From sequence record OP778609: a stretch of 64,000 bases of DNA. One strand, written 5' to 3'. Origin of the DNA: Escherichia phage A73. The translations under genes and the position numbers were made by a program. Below are positions 18,233 through 28,907 of the stretch, piece after piece. The notes below the pieces were generated by a model. That model was not told the origin of the DNA. It saw only the letters and a program-made list of their open reading frames with translations, and searched no databases. Each line of letters begins with the position of its first letter. The first letter of the stretch is position 1.

Positions 18233-20656
18233 ATGGCTGTTGAAGTAATTGCAACAACAAAGAACCGAGTCATATTTGAAACTGACAAAGGTTCCTATCG
18301 AAAAGCTCGTGAGGAGATCCGAAAACTCTCCAACGAATGGAAAAAGGCTTCAACAGAGGCTACCGCTGCCGGAAAGAATTCTCCTGCTGAGGCTTATAAA
18401 CAATCCGCTCGTGAAATGAGACTAGTCAGTAAACGTTTGGAAGAGACTCGTAAACGAGAAGAGAAGAAAGCAACTGATTACCGTATTGCTCTGGCAAAGA
18501 AAGAGGCCAAGGCAAAGGAAGCAATCCAGAAGGTTTCTGCTGCAAGAATACGACAACAGGTTAAAAGCCTTACGGCTGCATCGCCTGGTTCTGCTGAGAT
18601 GAGAAAGTTTTATCAGGAACAGGAAAAAGCTGCTAGAGCGGCTGCAAGATCTGCAAACCGTACAGCGACACCATTGCCGCCTTTCAACATTCAACGTGTA
18701 GAAGCTGCAAACCAATTATTATCCCGTGGCAACAGAGAACCAGGGTCAGGGATTGTTGGAGATCCTAATAGTCGATTCAACCCTGAGTTAATTGCTGCAC
18801 AAAACAGAGCGATGCAACGTAGTTCTCGTATCAAGGAGAGGATGCAGAAGCAACAAACTCAAGAACAGGAACGTGAACGTGTCCGCGCTGCTCGCGCTGC
18901 TGCCCGTATTGATGATGTTACAGCACAACAACGTATTCGTCTATCCTCCAGATATGGTCGTGGTTATGCAGGCGCTTTGGGTCGTGATTCAGAGGGTCGT
19001 GGGATTGAAGATCTTAATAGACAATTCCGTGCGGGAACATTATCATCTGGACAATATCGACAAAGTGTTCAGGCACTCGAAAGACAATTTCGCGCCGCAC
19101 AATCAAGTGCTGGGTCTTTCTCTTCTACGTTGAGAGATATTCGTTCTAACTTGGTAAGTGCTACGGCTGCATATGGTGTTTTCTCCGCAGGTGCATCAAT
19201 CACTCGTCAAGGTCAATTCTTCGAAGGTATTAATGCAACCTCCTTGCTGATCTCTGATTCAGCAGAAGAGGCTGGTCAGCGTGTTAAGTTTGTTCGTGAC
19301 GAAGCATACCGTTTAGGTTTGGATCTGAAAACTGCATCGCAGGGATTTACCCAGTTAGCGATCTCTGCTGATGGTGTTATTAGTAAATCTCAAACAGACG
19401 AATTATTTAGTGCATTTTCTGAATATTCCACCGCACTTCAGGTCGATCCTGTAAGATATCAGCGTGGCATTACAGCAATTCAACAGATCCTTGGTAAAGG
19501 TCAAGTAATGGCTGAAGAACTTAAAGGTCAGTTGGCTGAAGCTATCCCAGGTTCTTTGCAAGTCTTCTTGAAAGCAACTCAAGAAGCATTTGGTGACACC
19601 TCTATCGACATTGCAAAATTACTAAAGTTGATGGAAGATGGTGAATTGAAAGCATCAAAGATCATCCCATTAGTTGGTAAATACTATGCAGAAGCTGCCA
19701 ATAAAGGTGGTGCGCTGGATAAAGCTTTGGAAAGTAACCGTGTTGCTTACCAACGTTTAACTCAGACCTTTGCAGAGTTTCAAAACAAAATATTCCAAGG
19801 TGGCTTTGGTGAACAACTGACAAGGGTGTTCAATAACTTAGCTACCATCCTATCGAGCAATGGTAACGTTGCAAGCACCATCGGTAGATTCTTCGGTAAC
19901 GTAATTGAAGGATTTACAGACATGGTTCTTGAAATACATGATAACCTTGTCCTTTTGGATCGTGTGGTGTCTTATTACTTCAAGAAAATAGGTGTTGAAG
20001 GTGATACTCTTCGTCAAGTGTTTGATTGGGGTTCTTATCTCCTTGGTATCGGATTGTTCCTCGGCGGTCTAACTAAAGTGTTTAATATCCTAGCTAAGAT
20101 TGCAGGATTAAAAGGTGCACTTAAGGAGATTCGTGGAACCCTTGGTGGAGATTTAGCTACGGGTGGAAAAACCACAACTGGTGCAAACACTACAGCCTCT
20201 GGTGGCGCAACTACCCCAGGTAAGACAAGTGTAGCTGGAAGATTCAGTCAACTTGGTAAGCTTGGTAAGCTTTTTGGCCTTGGTACGCTTTATTCAGCAG
20301 GGTCGGAAATCAATGACCGCTTTATCCAAAGTGGAGAGAGCCGATTGGCTGGAGCAGGGCTTGACGCAACAGCTTTCCAGCAGCAATATGGTGTAACTCC
20401 ACAACCTGTCGGGTTAACTGATGTGTTCAGAGAGTTGTTTGGTGGCTCTCGTGACATAACTGTAGATCCTAACACTATCTCGACTCCATCTGGTATTCGC
20501 CCTAGCGGATTTCCTCTGGAAACTCCAGCAGCACCACCTGAAGGTAAGATCACCGTTGAGATCAAGAGTGGAGAGATTCGTCAATATATCCGTGCAATTG
20601 TGGATGAAGAGAACGGATTCAATATCAACCTGCTCACTCAGGGTGGTAACCAATAA
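18233..20656 (+). CDS. Tail tape measure protein
   Basis: 807 aa; charged Arg/Glu/Ala/Gln-rich helical N-terminal third, hydrophobic segments mid-protein, Gly-rich region; directly after the frameshifted chaperone. Confidence 0.85.
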   Translation: MAVEVIATTKNRVIFETDKGSYRKAREEIRKLSNEWKKASTEATAAGKNSPAEAYKQSAREMRLVSKRLEETRKREEKKATDYRIALAKKEAKAKEAIQKVSAARIRQQVKSLTAASPGSAEMRKFYQEQEKAARAAARSANRTATPLPPFNIQRVEAANQLLSRGNREPGSGIVGDPNSRFNPELIAAQNRAMQRSSRIKERMQKQQTQEQERERVRAARAAARIDDVTAQQRIRLSSRYGRGYAGALGRDSEGRGIEDLNRQFRAGTLSSGQYRQSVQALERQFRAAQSSAGSFSSTLRDIRSNLVSATAAYGVFSAGASITRQGQFFEGINATSLLISDSAEEAGQRVKFVRDEAYRLGLDLKTASQGFTQLAISADGVISKSQTDELFSAFSEYSTALQVDPVRYQRGITAIQQILGKGQVMAEELKGQLAEAIPGSLQVFLKATQEAFGDTSIDIAKLLKLMEDGELKASKIIPLVGKYYAEAANKGGALDKALESNRVAYQRLTQTFAEFQNKIFQGGFGEQLTRVFNNLATILSSNGNVASTIGRFFGNVIEGFTDMVLEIHDNLVLLDRVVSYYFKKIGVEGDTLRQVFDWGSYLLGIGLFLGGLTKVFNILAKIAGLKGALKEIRGTLGGDLATGGKTTTGANTTASGGATTPGKTSVAGRFSQLGKLGKLFGLGTLYSAGSEINDRFIQSGESRLAGAGLDATAFQQQYGVTPQPVGLTDVFRELFGGSRDITVDPNTISTPSGIRPSGFPLETPAAPPEGKITVEIKSGEIRQYIRAIVDEENGFNINLLTQGGNQ

Positions 20657-20658
20657 TT

Positions 20659-20686
20659 ACAGGGGCTTCGGCCCCCTTTTTTATTG
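20659..20686 (+). terminator. Rho-independent terminator
   Basis: AGGGGCttcgGCCCCTtttttatt hairpin with UUCG loop and T-run. Confidence 0.75.
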
Positions 20687-20723
20687 TACTTATTCGTGTT
20701 AAAATACTGAAAGGAGGAAACTT

Positions 20724-21599
20724 ATGGCTACTGATTTAAAACCTAGCACTTACAAAATGGGTACGTATTCACCTGAGCAGATTGCTGCTATCGACAAGGC
20801 GTATCAGCAAGGTCAAGCTGAAGAGGCCCGTCAAAAACAGACGGCACAGAATACCAAGTTGCGTGAAGATGTTCAATACACACTCTTCGCTTCTGGTATA
20901 AATACAGGTAGAGCACCACTTCTTTACGACAAGAACCAAACAGACGATATTGCTATCCTGTTTGACGTTGTTACTACCCACACCTACACAAAGGATTATA
21001 ACAAGACCAGCTATGCTGTAGAGTCAAAAGCTAAAGCATCTGATCATGTTGTAACTCAAGATGGTAAATTTAGTTTTTCGGCAGTCATCACTGACTCTCC
21101 TTTAATTATAAACGAGAGAAACTATATTGATTTCGATACGGACAAAAATAACCCGTTACAATCCAAGCGTCCAGCAAAAGCTGTAGAGATCCTTAAGCAA
21201 ATTGGTGATGGTCATCAACTTGTTACCTTGGTAACAGAAGATGATATCCTGACGAACTATGTGATCACAAACTTCTCTGTTACTCGTGACAATGGTCAGG
21301 GAGGTAGCATTGCTGTTAGTTTGACCCTTGAAGAGTTCCGTTTCCGTGATATTTCTAAAACAGTTTTAGCAAGAACTACTGCTGATCCTAAGAAAGCTAA
21401 GAATGTAAACTCTGGCACTAAACAGACCGCAGAGAATGGTTCTGTTAGCGACAACGCTCAAGGTAAGCGTAAAACACCGTATCTCGGAAAGAATGCTGCT
21501 GCAAAAGAGCGAATCGAAAACGCACTTACAGGAACGACAGATTTCTCTGGAGAGGCAGGTAAGAAATATGAATTTGATCCAGCATCTTTGAAGAGGTAA
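20724..21599 (+). CDS. Tail/baseplate-associated protein (hypothetical)
   Basis: 291-aa ORF with AGGAGG RBS, first gene after tape measure. Confidence 0.45.
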   Translation: MATDLKPSTYKMGTYSPEQIAAIDKAYQQGQAEEARQKQTAQNTKLREDVQYTLFASGINTGRAPLLYDKNQTDDIAILFDVVTTHTYTKDYNKTSYAVESKAKASDHVVTQDGKFSFSAVITDSPLIINERNYIDFDTDKNNPLQSKRPAKAVEILKQIGDGHQLVTLVTEDDILTNYVITNFSVTRDNGQGGSIAVSLTLEEFRFRDISKTVLARTTADPKKAKNVNSGTKQTAENGSVSDNAQGKRKTPYLGKNAAAKERIENALTGTTDFSGEAGKKYEFDPASLKR

Positions 21600-21601
21600 T
21601 A

Positions 21602-21970
21602 ATGATTGATCTTAACAAGAAATATGTGAGAACATTCGATTTTGAATTGACTGGATACCCTGACGAAACATTCCGTGTGGTCCTCGACTCCGTAACTTAC
21701 GAGGTTCGTTTTACATGGAATGAAAGGGATGAGTCTTGGTTATTCTCTTTAGGTGATATCGGTGTTTCTCCTACGATAACTACCAAATTGACTTGCTATA
21801 GTGATATTATCGGACCTTATCGTTATTTGGATAATGTTCCCGATGGTAACCTGTATTTATTCCCATTGCGAGATATTGCTACTCGTGTGGGTCGTTATAA
21901 TGTTGGACCTCTTTCTGGTGTCCAGATGATTTATGCATCCAGAGAGGAAGATGTGGAGGCGATTAATTAA
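21602..21970 (+). CDS. Hypothetical tail protein
   Basis: 122-aa ORF 2 nt after the upstream stop. Confidence 0.4.
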   Translation: MIDLNKKYVRTFDFELTGYPDETFRVVLDSVTYEVRFTWNERDESWLFSLGDIGVSPTITTKLTCYSDIIGPYRYLDNVPDGNLYLFPLRDIATRVGRYNVGPLSGVQMIYASREEDVEAIN

Positions 21971-22926
21971 TGAAGGCATTGGAAAGGACATATACTTTAG
22001 TTATCGGAAGACCTGTTTATATTGGTGAAAAGCCTGTCAACATTGAGCGCTACGCCAGTAACAGTAACCAAGGTGAAGCATATGAGATCAAGGATCTTCA
22101 TATTACCTTTCAGTTAAAGAAAGACAACTCAAAGGAACCTAACAAGGGATACGTAAGTGTATTTAACCTTTCCGATGACGTTGTTAACTACCTCAGTATA
22201 AACCAAAGGGAATCTCTCGCTGTCCTTTTAAAAGCGGGATACAATGGTGACGAAAAGCTTATCTTTTCTGGAACAATCGAGTTTGTAGAGGATACTTTCT
22301 CAGAGGAAACACGAGAGACTAAGTTTATTTTTGGTGATGGAACACTAAACTTAACTACCGCCACAACCTCACGATCTTACAGAAAGGGAACGCCTGTGAA
22401 TCAGGTTCTTAATGACCTTATCTCTGATCTTAAGCTACCCAAAGGGCGTGTTGTTCCTTTTAGTACTGACACATTGCAGAGTTCTATGGCATTTACTGGG
22501 AATGCGGCACAGAACTTAGAAAACCTTGCAAAAAATACCGGATCTACCTTTTCCATACAGGATGGTGCTGTTTATTGGACAAAAGAAGGTTCTCGGTTTG
22601 CAAATGTTATGTTTGAGATCTCCGAAGAAGGCGGGATGGTTGGCACACCAACATTAAAGCAACCAAACATCTCGAAGAAGAAAAAGAAGAAAGATACAAA
22701 AGAGACTTCAAATAAGAAGGAGAAGAATGTAAAAGAGGACGTTGGTTTAACAGTAACTACACTCCTTAATGGTGCGATCCTTCCTGAGTCTACAGTATAC
22801 CTAAACACTCGCTACATTAAAGGTTTTTACAAAGTCATTGAGTTGACACACAGGGGCGGTTACGAAACAGGCGACTGGGTAACCGAATTAGGTCTTGCAG
22901 AAACACGAGGGGAGTTGATAAGATAA
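21970..22926 (+). CDS. Baseplate hub-like protein (putative, gpD/gp27-like position)
   Basis: 318-aa ORF, start overlaps upstream stop; contains a Lys-rich low-complexity insert (KKKKKKDTKETSNKKEKNVKED). Confidence 0.4.
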   Translation: MKALERTYTLVIGRPVYIGEKPVNIERYASNSNQGEAYEIKDLHITFQLKKDNSKEPNKGYVSVFNLSDDVVNYLSINQRESLAVLLKAGYNGDEKLIFSGTIEFVEDTFSEETRETKFIFGDGTLNLTTATTSRSYRKGTPVNQVLNDLISDLKLPKGRVVPFSTDTLQSSMAFTGNAAQNLENLAKNTGSTFSIQDGAVYWTKEGSRFANVMFEISEEGGMVGTPTLKQPNISKKKKKKDTKETSNKKEKNVKEDVGLTVTTLLNGAILPESTVYLNTRYIKGFYKVIELTHRGGYETGDWVTELGLAETRGELIR

Positions 22927-22929
22927 CTT

Positions 22930-23622
22930 ATGGCTTACGTAGATCGTTATGATGCAGCACTATCTGTCTTTGTCGGAAGATATCTGCGAAACAACGTGCA
23001 TACTAACATCCGAGGAACAGTGGTTGGCGTTAATTACGCCATTCCATCTGTTGATGTTAAACCTATGGCACAAACTGAATTTGAGAACGGAACAGTAGAA
23101 GCTTATCCGGTTATTTACGATGTTCCGATTAACTTCCCTTCCGGTGCAGGTGGAAAGGCAAGATTATCTATGCCTATAAAAGTCGGAGATCTGGTAGGTG
23201 TTGCTTTCTCTGAAAGAAACGAAGGTGACTTCAAGGATGTGAATACCCATCAATTGTTCCCTGGTTGGGCTGTGACACAGATATTTACCGAAGGTAATGG
23301 AAAGGCTGCTCATCCAGATAACGTTGTTCTTGAGAACGACAAAGGAGTTATGACATTGATGCCTGATGGTACGATGACGTTTCAGAATCCCGCTGCAAAT
23401 CTAAAGATTGAGCAAAGTGGCAAGATGACATTTTCGAATGGCCCTGCCAACATAGAAGTAATGGAATCTGGAATGGTAAGGGTGAATGGTTGCACCATAA
23501 CAACCTCCGGTAACGTGATCACAGCTTCCGGTGTTGATCTGGAAGATTTTTATGCCGACTACCTCAACCATAGACATAGTGGCGTTGAAAGAGGTGGTGA
23601 TACCAGTGGGGTTAAAGTATAA
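22930..23622 (+). CDS. Baseplate spike protein (gpV-like)
   Basis: 230 aa; N-terminal OB-like segment (GTVVGVNYAIPSVDVKP...) and C-terminal NHRHSG His-x-His motif as in P2 gpV-type spikes. Confidence 0.6.
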   Translation: MAYVDRYDAALSVFVGRYLRNNVHTNIRGTVVGVNYAIPSVDVKPMAQTEFENGTVEAYPVIYDVPINFPSGAGGKARLSMPIKVGDLVGVAFSERNEGDFKDVNTHQLFPGWAVTQIFTEGNGKAAHPDNVVLENDKGVMTLMPDGTMTFQNPAANLKIEQSGKMTFSNGPANIEVMESGMVRVNGCTITTSGNVITASGVDLEDFYADYLNHRHSGVERGGDTSGVKV

Positions 23623-24146
23623 TGGCTACAGTATTTAAAGACTTCCTTCTAGATCCCTTAACAGGGGATCTTGATTTCTCGACTAGAACTTTGCAGGTTG
23701 TCACCTCTAACCAGATGAGTTTACGACAGAGGCTTTATCTTCGCTTCGGGATCTGGCAGGGTACTTGGTATTTCGACGAAACAATAGGATTCCCCTATGG
23801 GATGTTTATTGCTAAGAAACTATCAAAAACTGTTCTTGATAACAGGATAAAGCAAGAAGTTCGTCAAGAACCTGATGTTATTGCGATAAAAGATTTCAAT
23901 TCCTCTGTGGATATCTATAGCCGTAGTTATAAATGCTTCTTTACAGTTGTAACGTCAGAGGGTGAGGAAATTAACTTCGCATTCTTAGGTGATGATACTT
24001 ATGAGTATCCAACACCGCCGGAAGGTAACGTTGAACTGTGTGGTGACGAAGGTTCTTTGATTGAGTTCAAGAACAAGCTTTACTACCTGATTAACTTCAG
24101 ATTGCCGAAATATGGTGACTCTACTTGGGTCAATACCTGGAAATAA
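23622..24146 (+). CDS. Baseplate wedge protein (gpW/gp25-like or GP46-like)
   Basis: 174 aa, start overlaps upstream stop; N-terminal pattern LDPLTGDLDF...RQRLYLRFGIWQGTWYFD. Confidence 0.5.
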   Translation: MATVFKDFLLDPLTGDLDFSTRTLQVVTSNQMSLRQRLYLRFGIWQGTWYFDETIGFPYGMFIAKKLSKTVLDNRIKQEVRQEPDVIAIKDFNSSVDIYSRSYKCFFTVVTSEGEEINFAFLGDDTYEYPTPPEGNVELCGDEGSLIEFKNKLYYLINFRLPKYGDSTWVNTWK

Positions 24147-24149
24147 CCT

Positions 24150-24178
24150 CAAGGGAGCCTCGTGCTCCCTTTTCTTTT
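24150..24178 (+). terminator. Rho-independent terminator
   Basis: AGGGAGCctcgtGCTCCCTtttctttt hairpin plus T-run. Confidence 0.65.
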
Positions 24179-24237
24179 AATTCTCTGGATATTATGATAA
24201 AATACGCTTATCGTCTAATTTTGGAGCAGGAGGAACA

Positions 24238-25722
24238 ATGGCGTCCAATTACGGTCTAACGGGTAGTGGATTTAACCTCCCGCCGATGGAAGACTTGATT
24301 CAGGAAACGAAGAAAACTTTCAAGAATGAATTTGGTGAAGATTTCAATACCGAAAGTAACTCAGTTGCTGACAAACTCATTTCTATCTTTAACGAACGTG
24401 AATATCAACTCTGGTTGTTGATGGGGTCTGTTTATTACGCACAGACAATGCAAGGTGCAGAAGGTATTTACCTTGACGACCTTTTATCTAAGCGTGGTAT
24501 TTATCGTAACGGGAAGACTCGAAGCACAGGTCAGGTTCAGTTGACCATTGATTCCACTATCCCTTACAACATGATTTACTCTGCCTCTGCATACACCATC
24601 GACAACGATTATCGTCTCTCTAACGATGTTCAGGTTGCAGGAAACATTTTTGCTCAGGTCATCCGTGGTTCGGATCTTTCTGTCGGGAGTTACAGATTAC
24701 AGATCCAGAACATCAATGATCAATCGATCAAGACCATGACATATCAATTGACAGCCACCACTGGTGCGCCTGTTATCGCATTCTTCTCTGCAATTAAAGA
24801 TTTCATTGTGGAGAACACTATCCTGTCCAACCGTGATAAAATCATTATTGATTCCGTAGCCAACTCTATCCACATTGGGTATGATAGTAACAAGAACCTT
24901 ATCGGCTTGTCAAGCAGAATCGATTTCCGTACTCAACCATTGGCAGGTACTAGAACTATCACAATGGATGTTAGAGCTACGGAGCCTGGTTTAACATCTC
25001 GTGATGCTTTCAGTGTTCGTGGAATAAGTCCTGTTCCGGCGGGTTTCCTTGACTTAACGAACCTGATTGCATTCACCCCAGGGTCAGACGTAGAATCAGA
25101 TAATGAATACCGTCTCCGTGCAATTGACGCAGTTAACACAGGAAAGGCCACTCGTGCAGCGATCCTTTCTGCACTGCTGAACAAAGTTGAGGGTATAGAG
25201 AAGGTAAGGATCTTTGCAAACAATACCGATAAGACAAACTCTGTTGGTGTACCTCCTTACTCCTTCATGCCTGTTGTTTACGGTGGTAACACTGCTGAAA
25301 TCAGTCAGGTACTTTACGACACTATTGCGGGTTCCAACAATACGTCAGGGAGTACTTTCTACAACATCACCACTGAAGATGACCAAGTAGAAACAATCTG
25401 GCACACGAAAGCCCAAGCCCGTAACCTGAGTATGAGGATCAGTTATCGTGGAAGACCTCTTTCTGTCGTCGAAGAAACAACTATCTCAAATAGCTTGATT
25501 ACTGCGATAAATGGTACTATTATAGCCGGAACTCTGTACAACGTTCAGTTGGTGGGTACGGTTATCAGTTCAACGGCATCATCTCGTTTCACTCAAGTTT
25601 TTGTTGAGATTAAGAACGTAGAAGAACCTGAGTCTTCATATGTTGGAACAGATGTATCTGCCGATGTTACTGAAGTATTCGCCCTGTCCGCAGAGAATAT
25701 TGAATTCCGTCAGATAGTTTAA
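24238..25722 (+). CDS. Baseplate J-like protein
   Basis: 494 aa with GGAGG RBS; N-terminal region with the spacing pattern of baseplate J/gp47 family; followed by an I-like gene. Confidence 0.7.
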   Translation: MASNYGLTGSGFNLPPMEDLIQETKKTFKNEFGEDFNTESNSVADKLISIFNEREYQLWLLMGSVYYAQTMQGAEGIYLDDLLSKRGIYRNGKTRSTGQVQLTIDSTIPYNMIYSASAYTIDNDYRLSNDVQVAGNIFAQVIRGSDLSVGSYRLQIQNINDQSIKTMTYQLTATTGAPVIAFFSAIKDFIVENTILSNRDKIIIDSVANSIHIGYDSNKNLIGLSSRIDFRTQPLAGTRTITMDVRATEPGLTSRDAFSVRGISPVPAGFLDLTNLIAFTPGSDVESDNEYRLRAIDAVNTGKATRAAILSALLNKVEGIEKVRIFANNTDKTNSVGVPPYSFMPVVYGGNTAEISQVLYDTIAGSNNTSGSTFYNITTEDDQVETIWHTKAQARNLSMRISYRGRPLSVVEETTISNSLITAINGTIIAGTLYNVQLVGTVISSTASSRFTQVFVEIKNVEEPESSYVGTDVSADVTEVFALSAENIEFRQIV

Positions 25723-25731
25723 GGAGAAAGA

Positions 25732-26373
25732 ATGGCAGAGGTTACAGAAAAGAAGGATGTTAACCACATCCATCCTCTGCCTGATTTCGTCAAAGGGGGT
25801 ATTGATTACTTACCCCCTGAGATCTTTGAGAATAAAGATAACATCCAAAAGGTCCTTGAGATCTTTTTGAAACGTCTTGAACTCATCGATCAGAAAGCTG
25901 TTGAACTGGCAGAGATGAGAACAATCATCAATGCAGAGGGCGACACTCTCGACGAGATAGGCAGACAAAACGGTATCTTCCGTAACGGATTGAATGATCC
26001 TGAGTACAGGGCTGTTATTATAATCCTTACAGGTATCGGATCTAAAAGTGGAACAAGATCTGAAATTATATCCACACTGAAGCAATTATTCGGTGAAGAG
26101 GGTGTGACTACTTATAAAGGTAGAAACTACCGTATGGATATTAACATCTTCAATACCTGTGTGGAAGTTGAGCTTATTCTTGACCAAATACTTGATATGC
26201 TCCCTCTGGTGACTCACTTGCGAGTTGTGGAGAATCAGGGATACCCGTTTGGATTTGAGGGTGACGAACAAGCATTTGGGTGGGCATCCGTCTACGACAC
26301 TGATCGTACTGGCGCGGGTGGACTTGCAACTTTAGTTTATGTATCTGACGACGAAGACCCTTGGGGCTTTTAA
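25732..26373 (+). CDS. Tail protein I-like (baseplate)
   Basis: 213 aa; segment GDTLDEIGRQNGIFRNGLNDPEYRAVI resembles the P2 gpI family; position after the J-like gene. Confidence 0.55.
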   Translation: MAEVTEKKDVNHIHPLPDFVKGGIDYLPPEIFENKDNIQKVLEIFLKRLELIDQKAVELAEMRTIINAEGDTLDEIGRQNGIFRNGLNDPEYRAVIIILTGIGSKSGTRSEIISTLKQLFGEEGVTTYKGRNYRMDINIFNTCVEVELILDQILDMLPLVTHLRVVENQGYPFGFEGDEQAFGWASVYDTDRTGAGGLATLVYVSDDEDPWGF

Positions 26374-26385
26374 TGGGAGAATTTA

Positions 26386-28020
26386 ATGGCTAGACCAACA
26401 ACACCGATTGTTGTCTTTGCGGCACAAGATGTTAACCTTCCTGGTACTGGAAGACCTAACAAATCAAAACCGATTGATGACCTTTTAGCAAAGGGCTATG
26501 ACAAAGGGCAAAAACCAGCGGCAGAAGAATTCAACTATATTCTTCACCAGTCTGGTGCTTGGCTTAATTGGATCGTAGAAGAGAAGTTTCCAGAGGTTGA
26601 AGAAGAATACAAGCGACTGATTCAGGAACTCGAAACACGAGTAAACAATCAACTGGAAGTTATTCGTGAAGATGTTGCGAACGTAAGACAATCTGTTGCA
26701 ACCTTAAGAACTTATGTAGAGCAGACTGTTGCAGATCTTCGTCGTGAGATCACTGCTGTTGATCAGCGTGTTACTCGTTTGTCTCAAGACTTGGATAATG
26801 CTGTTTCCAGATTGAACTCCCGTATTGATGAGCTTGAGCCTCGTTTAGTTCCGATCGGTGCAATCTTAACTTGGGCGGGTCAAACACCGCCAGCGGGATT
26901 TTTGGAATGTAATGGACAAGTGTTCAGTACATCTCAAAACCCACGACTGTACCAAGTTCTAGGACGAAACGTAGTTCCTGATTATCGTGGATTGTTCCTT
27001 CGTGGATGGGCGCATGGATCTGGAGCTTACGATCCTGACTCCGGTCGTGGTTTAGGTTCTATCCAAGGCGATGCAATTAGAAACATTACGGGTGTAATGG
27101 GTTACGAAAGTATTCGTACTGACCACGGTTATCGTGAACAAGGTGCGCTTTATACGCAATATAACTCAAATTCGGGTCCTGACCACGATCGTAAAAACCC
27201 AGCGGGTGATGTTCGATTCGATGCGAGCCGTGTAGTTCCGACAGCACCGGAAAACAGACCTAAAAACGTCGCAGTAATGTACATTATCAAGACTGACCAG
27301 GCACAAGGTACTGGAAGTCTGTCACCAACGGCACTTGTTACTACACCAGATAGCATTACAAACCGTGTAGGTTTTACCCGAGGTATCTCAGCACAGGTTC
27401 TCCCTGCAAACTTGGCGAGCCAATATCCTGTGACATGGACCTCTCAGAATGGTAATGTTGCAACCGTAGATAGTGCAGGTAATGTGAGATTAACTGGACC
27501 AGGTGAAACTAACATCATCGCCTCTATCTCTACAGGTATATCAGCACAGGTTAAAATAGTTTCATACACACCATTGACAGCGATCAGTATCGGTAGCATC
27601 CCCAATGTGGAAGTTAACGACTCTGAAATAATCCCTGTTAATAGAACACCTGCGAACTCTAATGAACCGCTTGTGTATTCCACCAGTAATGCTAACGTTG
27701 CTGTCGTTACACAAAGTGGATATGTATCGGGTGTTGCTCCAGGTACTGCTGTTATTACTGTTCGTGGATCTATTACGGGAATCCAAGCAACAAGGCAGGT
27801 TACAGTTATTCCAGCCGTAGTTGTTCAAACTATCGAAGATGTTCGTTTAGGTATTGAGCAACAAACGACAATGAATGGGGACAACTATACCAGTCCTGTA
27901 CGTGCTCCGGCAGGTTGCGTAATCACTGGTGTTGTTTCAGCGGGGCTTGGATTAAACCAAGGTTATTACAAACCAATCCAGAAGCGTATGTCTGGCGTAT
28001 GGGTAACGGTGGAGGGCTAA
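26386..28020 (+). CDS. Tail fibre protein with collar domain and Ig-like repeats
   Basis: 544 aa; tail-collar motif GAILTWAGQTPPAGFLECNGQVFS...YRGLFLRGW; C-terminal region with two Big_2-like Ig repeats. Confidence 0.75.
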   Translation: MARPTTPIVVFAAQDVNLPGTGRPNKSKPIDDLLAKGYDKGQKPAAEEFNYILHQSGAWLNWIVEEKFPEVEEEYKRLIQELETRVNNQLEVIREDVANVRQSVATLRTYVEQTVADLRREITAVDQRVTRLSQDLDNAVSRLNSRIDELEPRLVPIGAILTWAGQTPPAGFLECNGQVFSTSQNPRLYQVLGRNVVPDYRGLFLRGWAHGSGAYDPDSGRGLGSIQGDAIRNITGVMGYESIRTDHGYREQGALYTQYNSNSGPDHDRKNPAGDVRFDASRVVPTAPENRPKNVAVMYIIKTDQAQGTGSLSPTALVTTPDSITNRVGFTRGISAQVLPANLASQYPVTWTSQNGNVATVDSAGNVRLTGPGETNIIASISTGISAQVKIVSYTPLTAISIGSIPNVEVNDSEIIPVNRTPANSNEPLVYSTSNANVAVVTQSGYVSGVAPGTAVITVRGSITGIQATRQVTVIPAVVVQTIEDVRLGIEQQTTMNGDNYTSPVRAPAGCVITGVVSAGLGLNQGYYKPIQKRMSGVWVTVEG

Positions 28021-28022
28021 TT

Positions 28023-28535
28023 ATGAGAATGAATAACTTCAAGCTTTATACACCGGAAGTTAAAGCTTTTGGAGAGGGTGTTCAGTATTTTCAGGACGAT
28101 AAAGGTCGTGATTTCTACGACTCTCGTGAACTGTTCAAAAAGAAATATGTTGTTTTCTTTGATGAACATAGCATTGTCCGTGGCTGGGCAAAGAGTGAAG
28201 AGGTTACCCGTCTTCACCCAGGTGGTTTGTCTGTTGTGGATCTTAATACCTTACCTAAGGATTTCTCTTTACAGGAAGGCGTTTGGTCATTCAATGGAAA
28301 ACAGGTTGTTAAAGCAGATTATGACCCTGCTTTTAGCACCGCTGCAAGAAAGGCTGGCATTCTGCAAGTGATCGGTTCTGTTATCGTTCCGCTTCAGGAT
28401 GCTGTTGAATTGGGAGATGCTACAGACGATGAGCTTGAGAGATATAACGATCTTCGCAAGATGAGAGTTAAAGTCATGCGTATCCCTGATAGCACCTCCC
28501 CTGGTGATATCGACTGGTCAGAGTTCACCTTTTAA
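28023..28535 (+). CDS. Tail fibre assembly protein
   Basis: ATG 2 nt after the fibre stop (ORF track 27915 is an upstream extension); C-terminal pattern ...MRVKVMRIPDSTSPGDIDWSEFTF typical of Tfa-type chaperones. Confidence 0.7.
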   Translation: MRMNNFKLYTPEVKAFGEGVQYFQDDKGRDFYDSRELFKKKYVVFFDEHSIVRGWAKSEEVTRLHPGGLSVVDLNTLPKDFSLQEGVWSFNGKQVVKADYDPAFSTAARKAGILQVIGSVIVPLQDAVELGDATDDELERYNDLRKMRVKVMRIPDSTSPGDIDWSEFTF

Positions 28536-28574
28536 CCTTAGATGAGTCGGGCTTCGGCCCGACTATGGAGACTT

Positions 28575-28907
28575 ATGATTGTTGATATAATGGCAGTTCT
28601 GAAAGCACTTTGGGGTCTTTTAACATTCATTTTGCTGGGTGCACTAAAGATCTTTTACACCGACTTTAAAAAATTAGAGTCACGTCAAAGTGAGCTTGAA
28701 AAAGATGTTCTTCGTTTGAAGGAATCTGCGGTTACTAAGGATAGTATCGATGCCATTCTTGACCGTAAGATAAAGCATATCACTGATACGATTCAAGATA
28801 TCAGGACCGATATCACAGATATGCGAAAGGAAGCGAAAGAAGAAAACCACGCTCTACAGAAAGATATTCGAGAGTTACTAAACAAAATTATTGAGAACCG
28901 CAAATGA
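28575..28907 (+). CDS. Membrane-anchored coiled-coil protein (possible spanin/holin-like)
   Basis: ATG at 28575 behind GGAG (ORF track 28542 lies inside a hairpin); N-terminal TM helix then ~80-aa charged helical region. Confidence 0.45.
   Translation: MIVDIMAVLKALWGLLTFILLGALKIFYTDFKKLESRQSELEKDVLRLKESAVTKDSIDAILDRKIKHITDTIQDIRTDITDMRKEAKEENHALQKDIRELLNKIIENRK

Noticed and set aside
28544-28563. Perfect hairpin AGTCGGGCttcgGCCCGACT after the fibre-assembly gene considered as a rho-independent terminator.
   Set aside because: No T-run follows; it directly precedes the RBS and start of the next gene, so it is more likely a stability or processing hairpin. It also shows the ORF-track start at 28542 is wrong.
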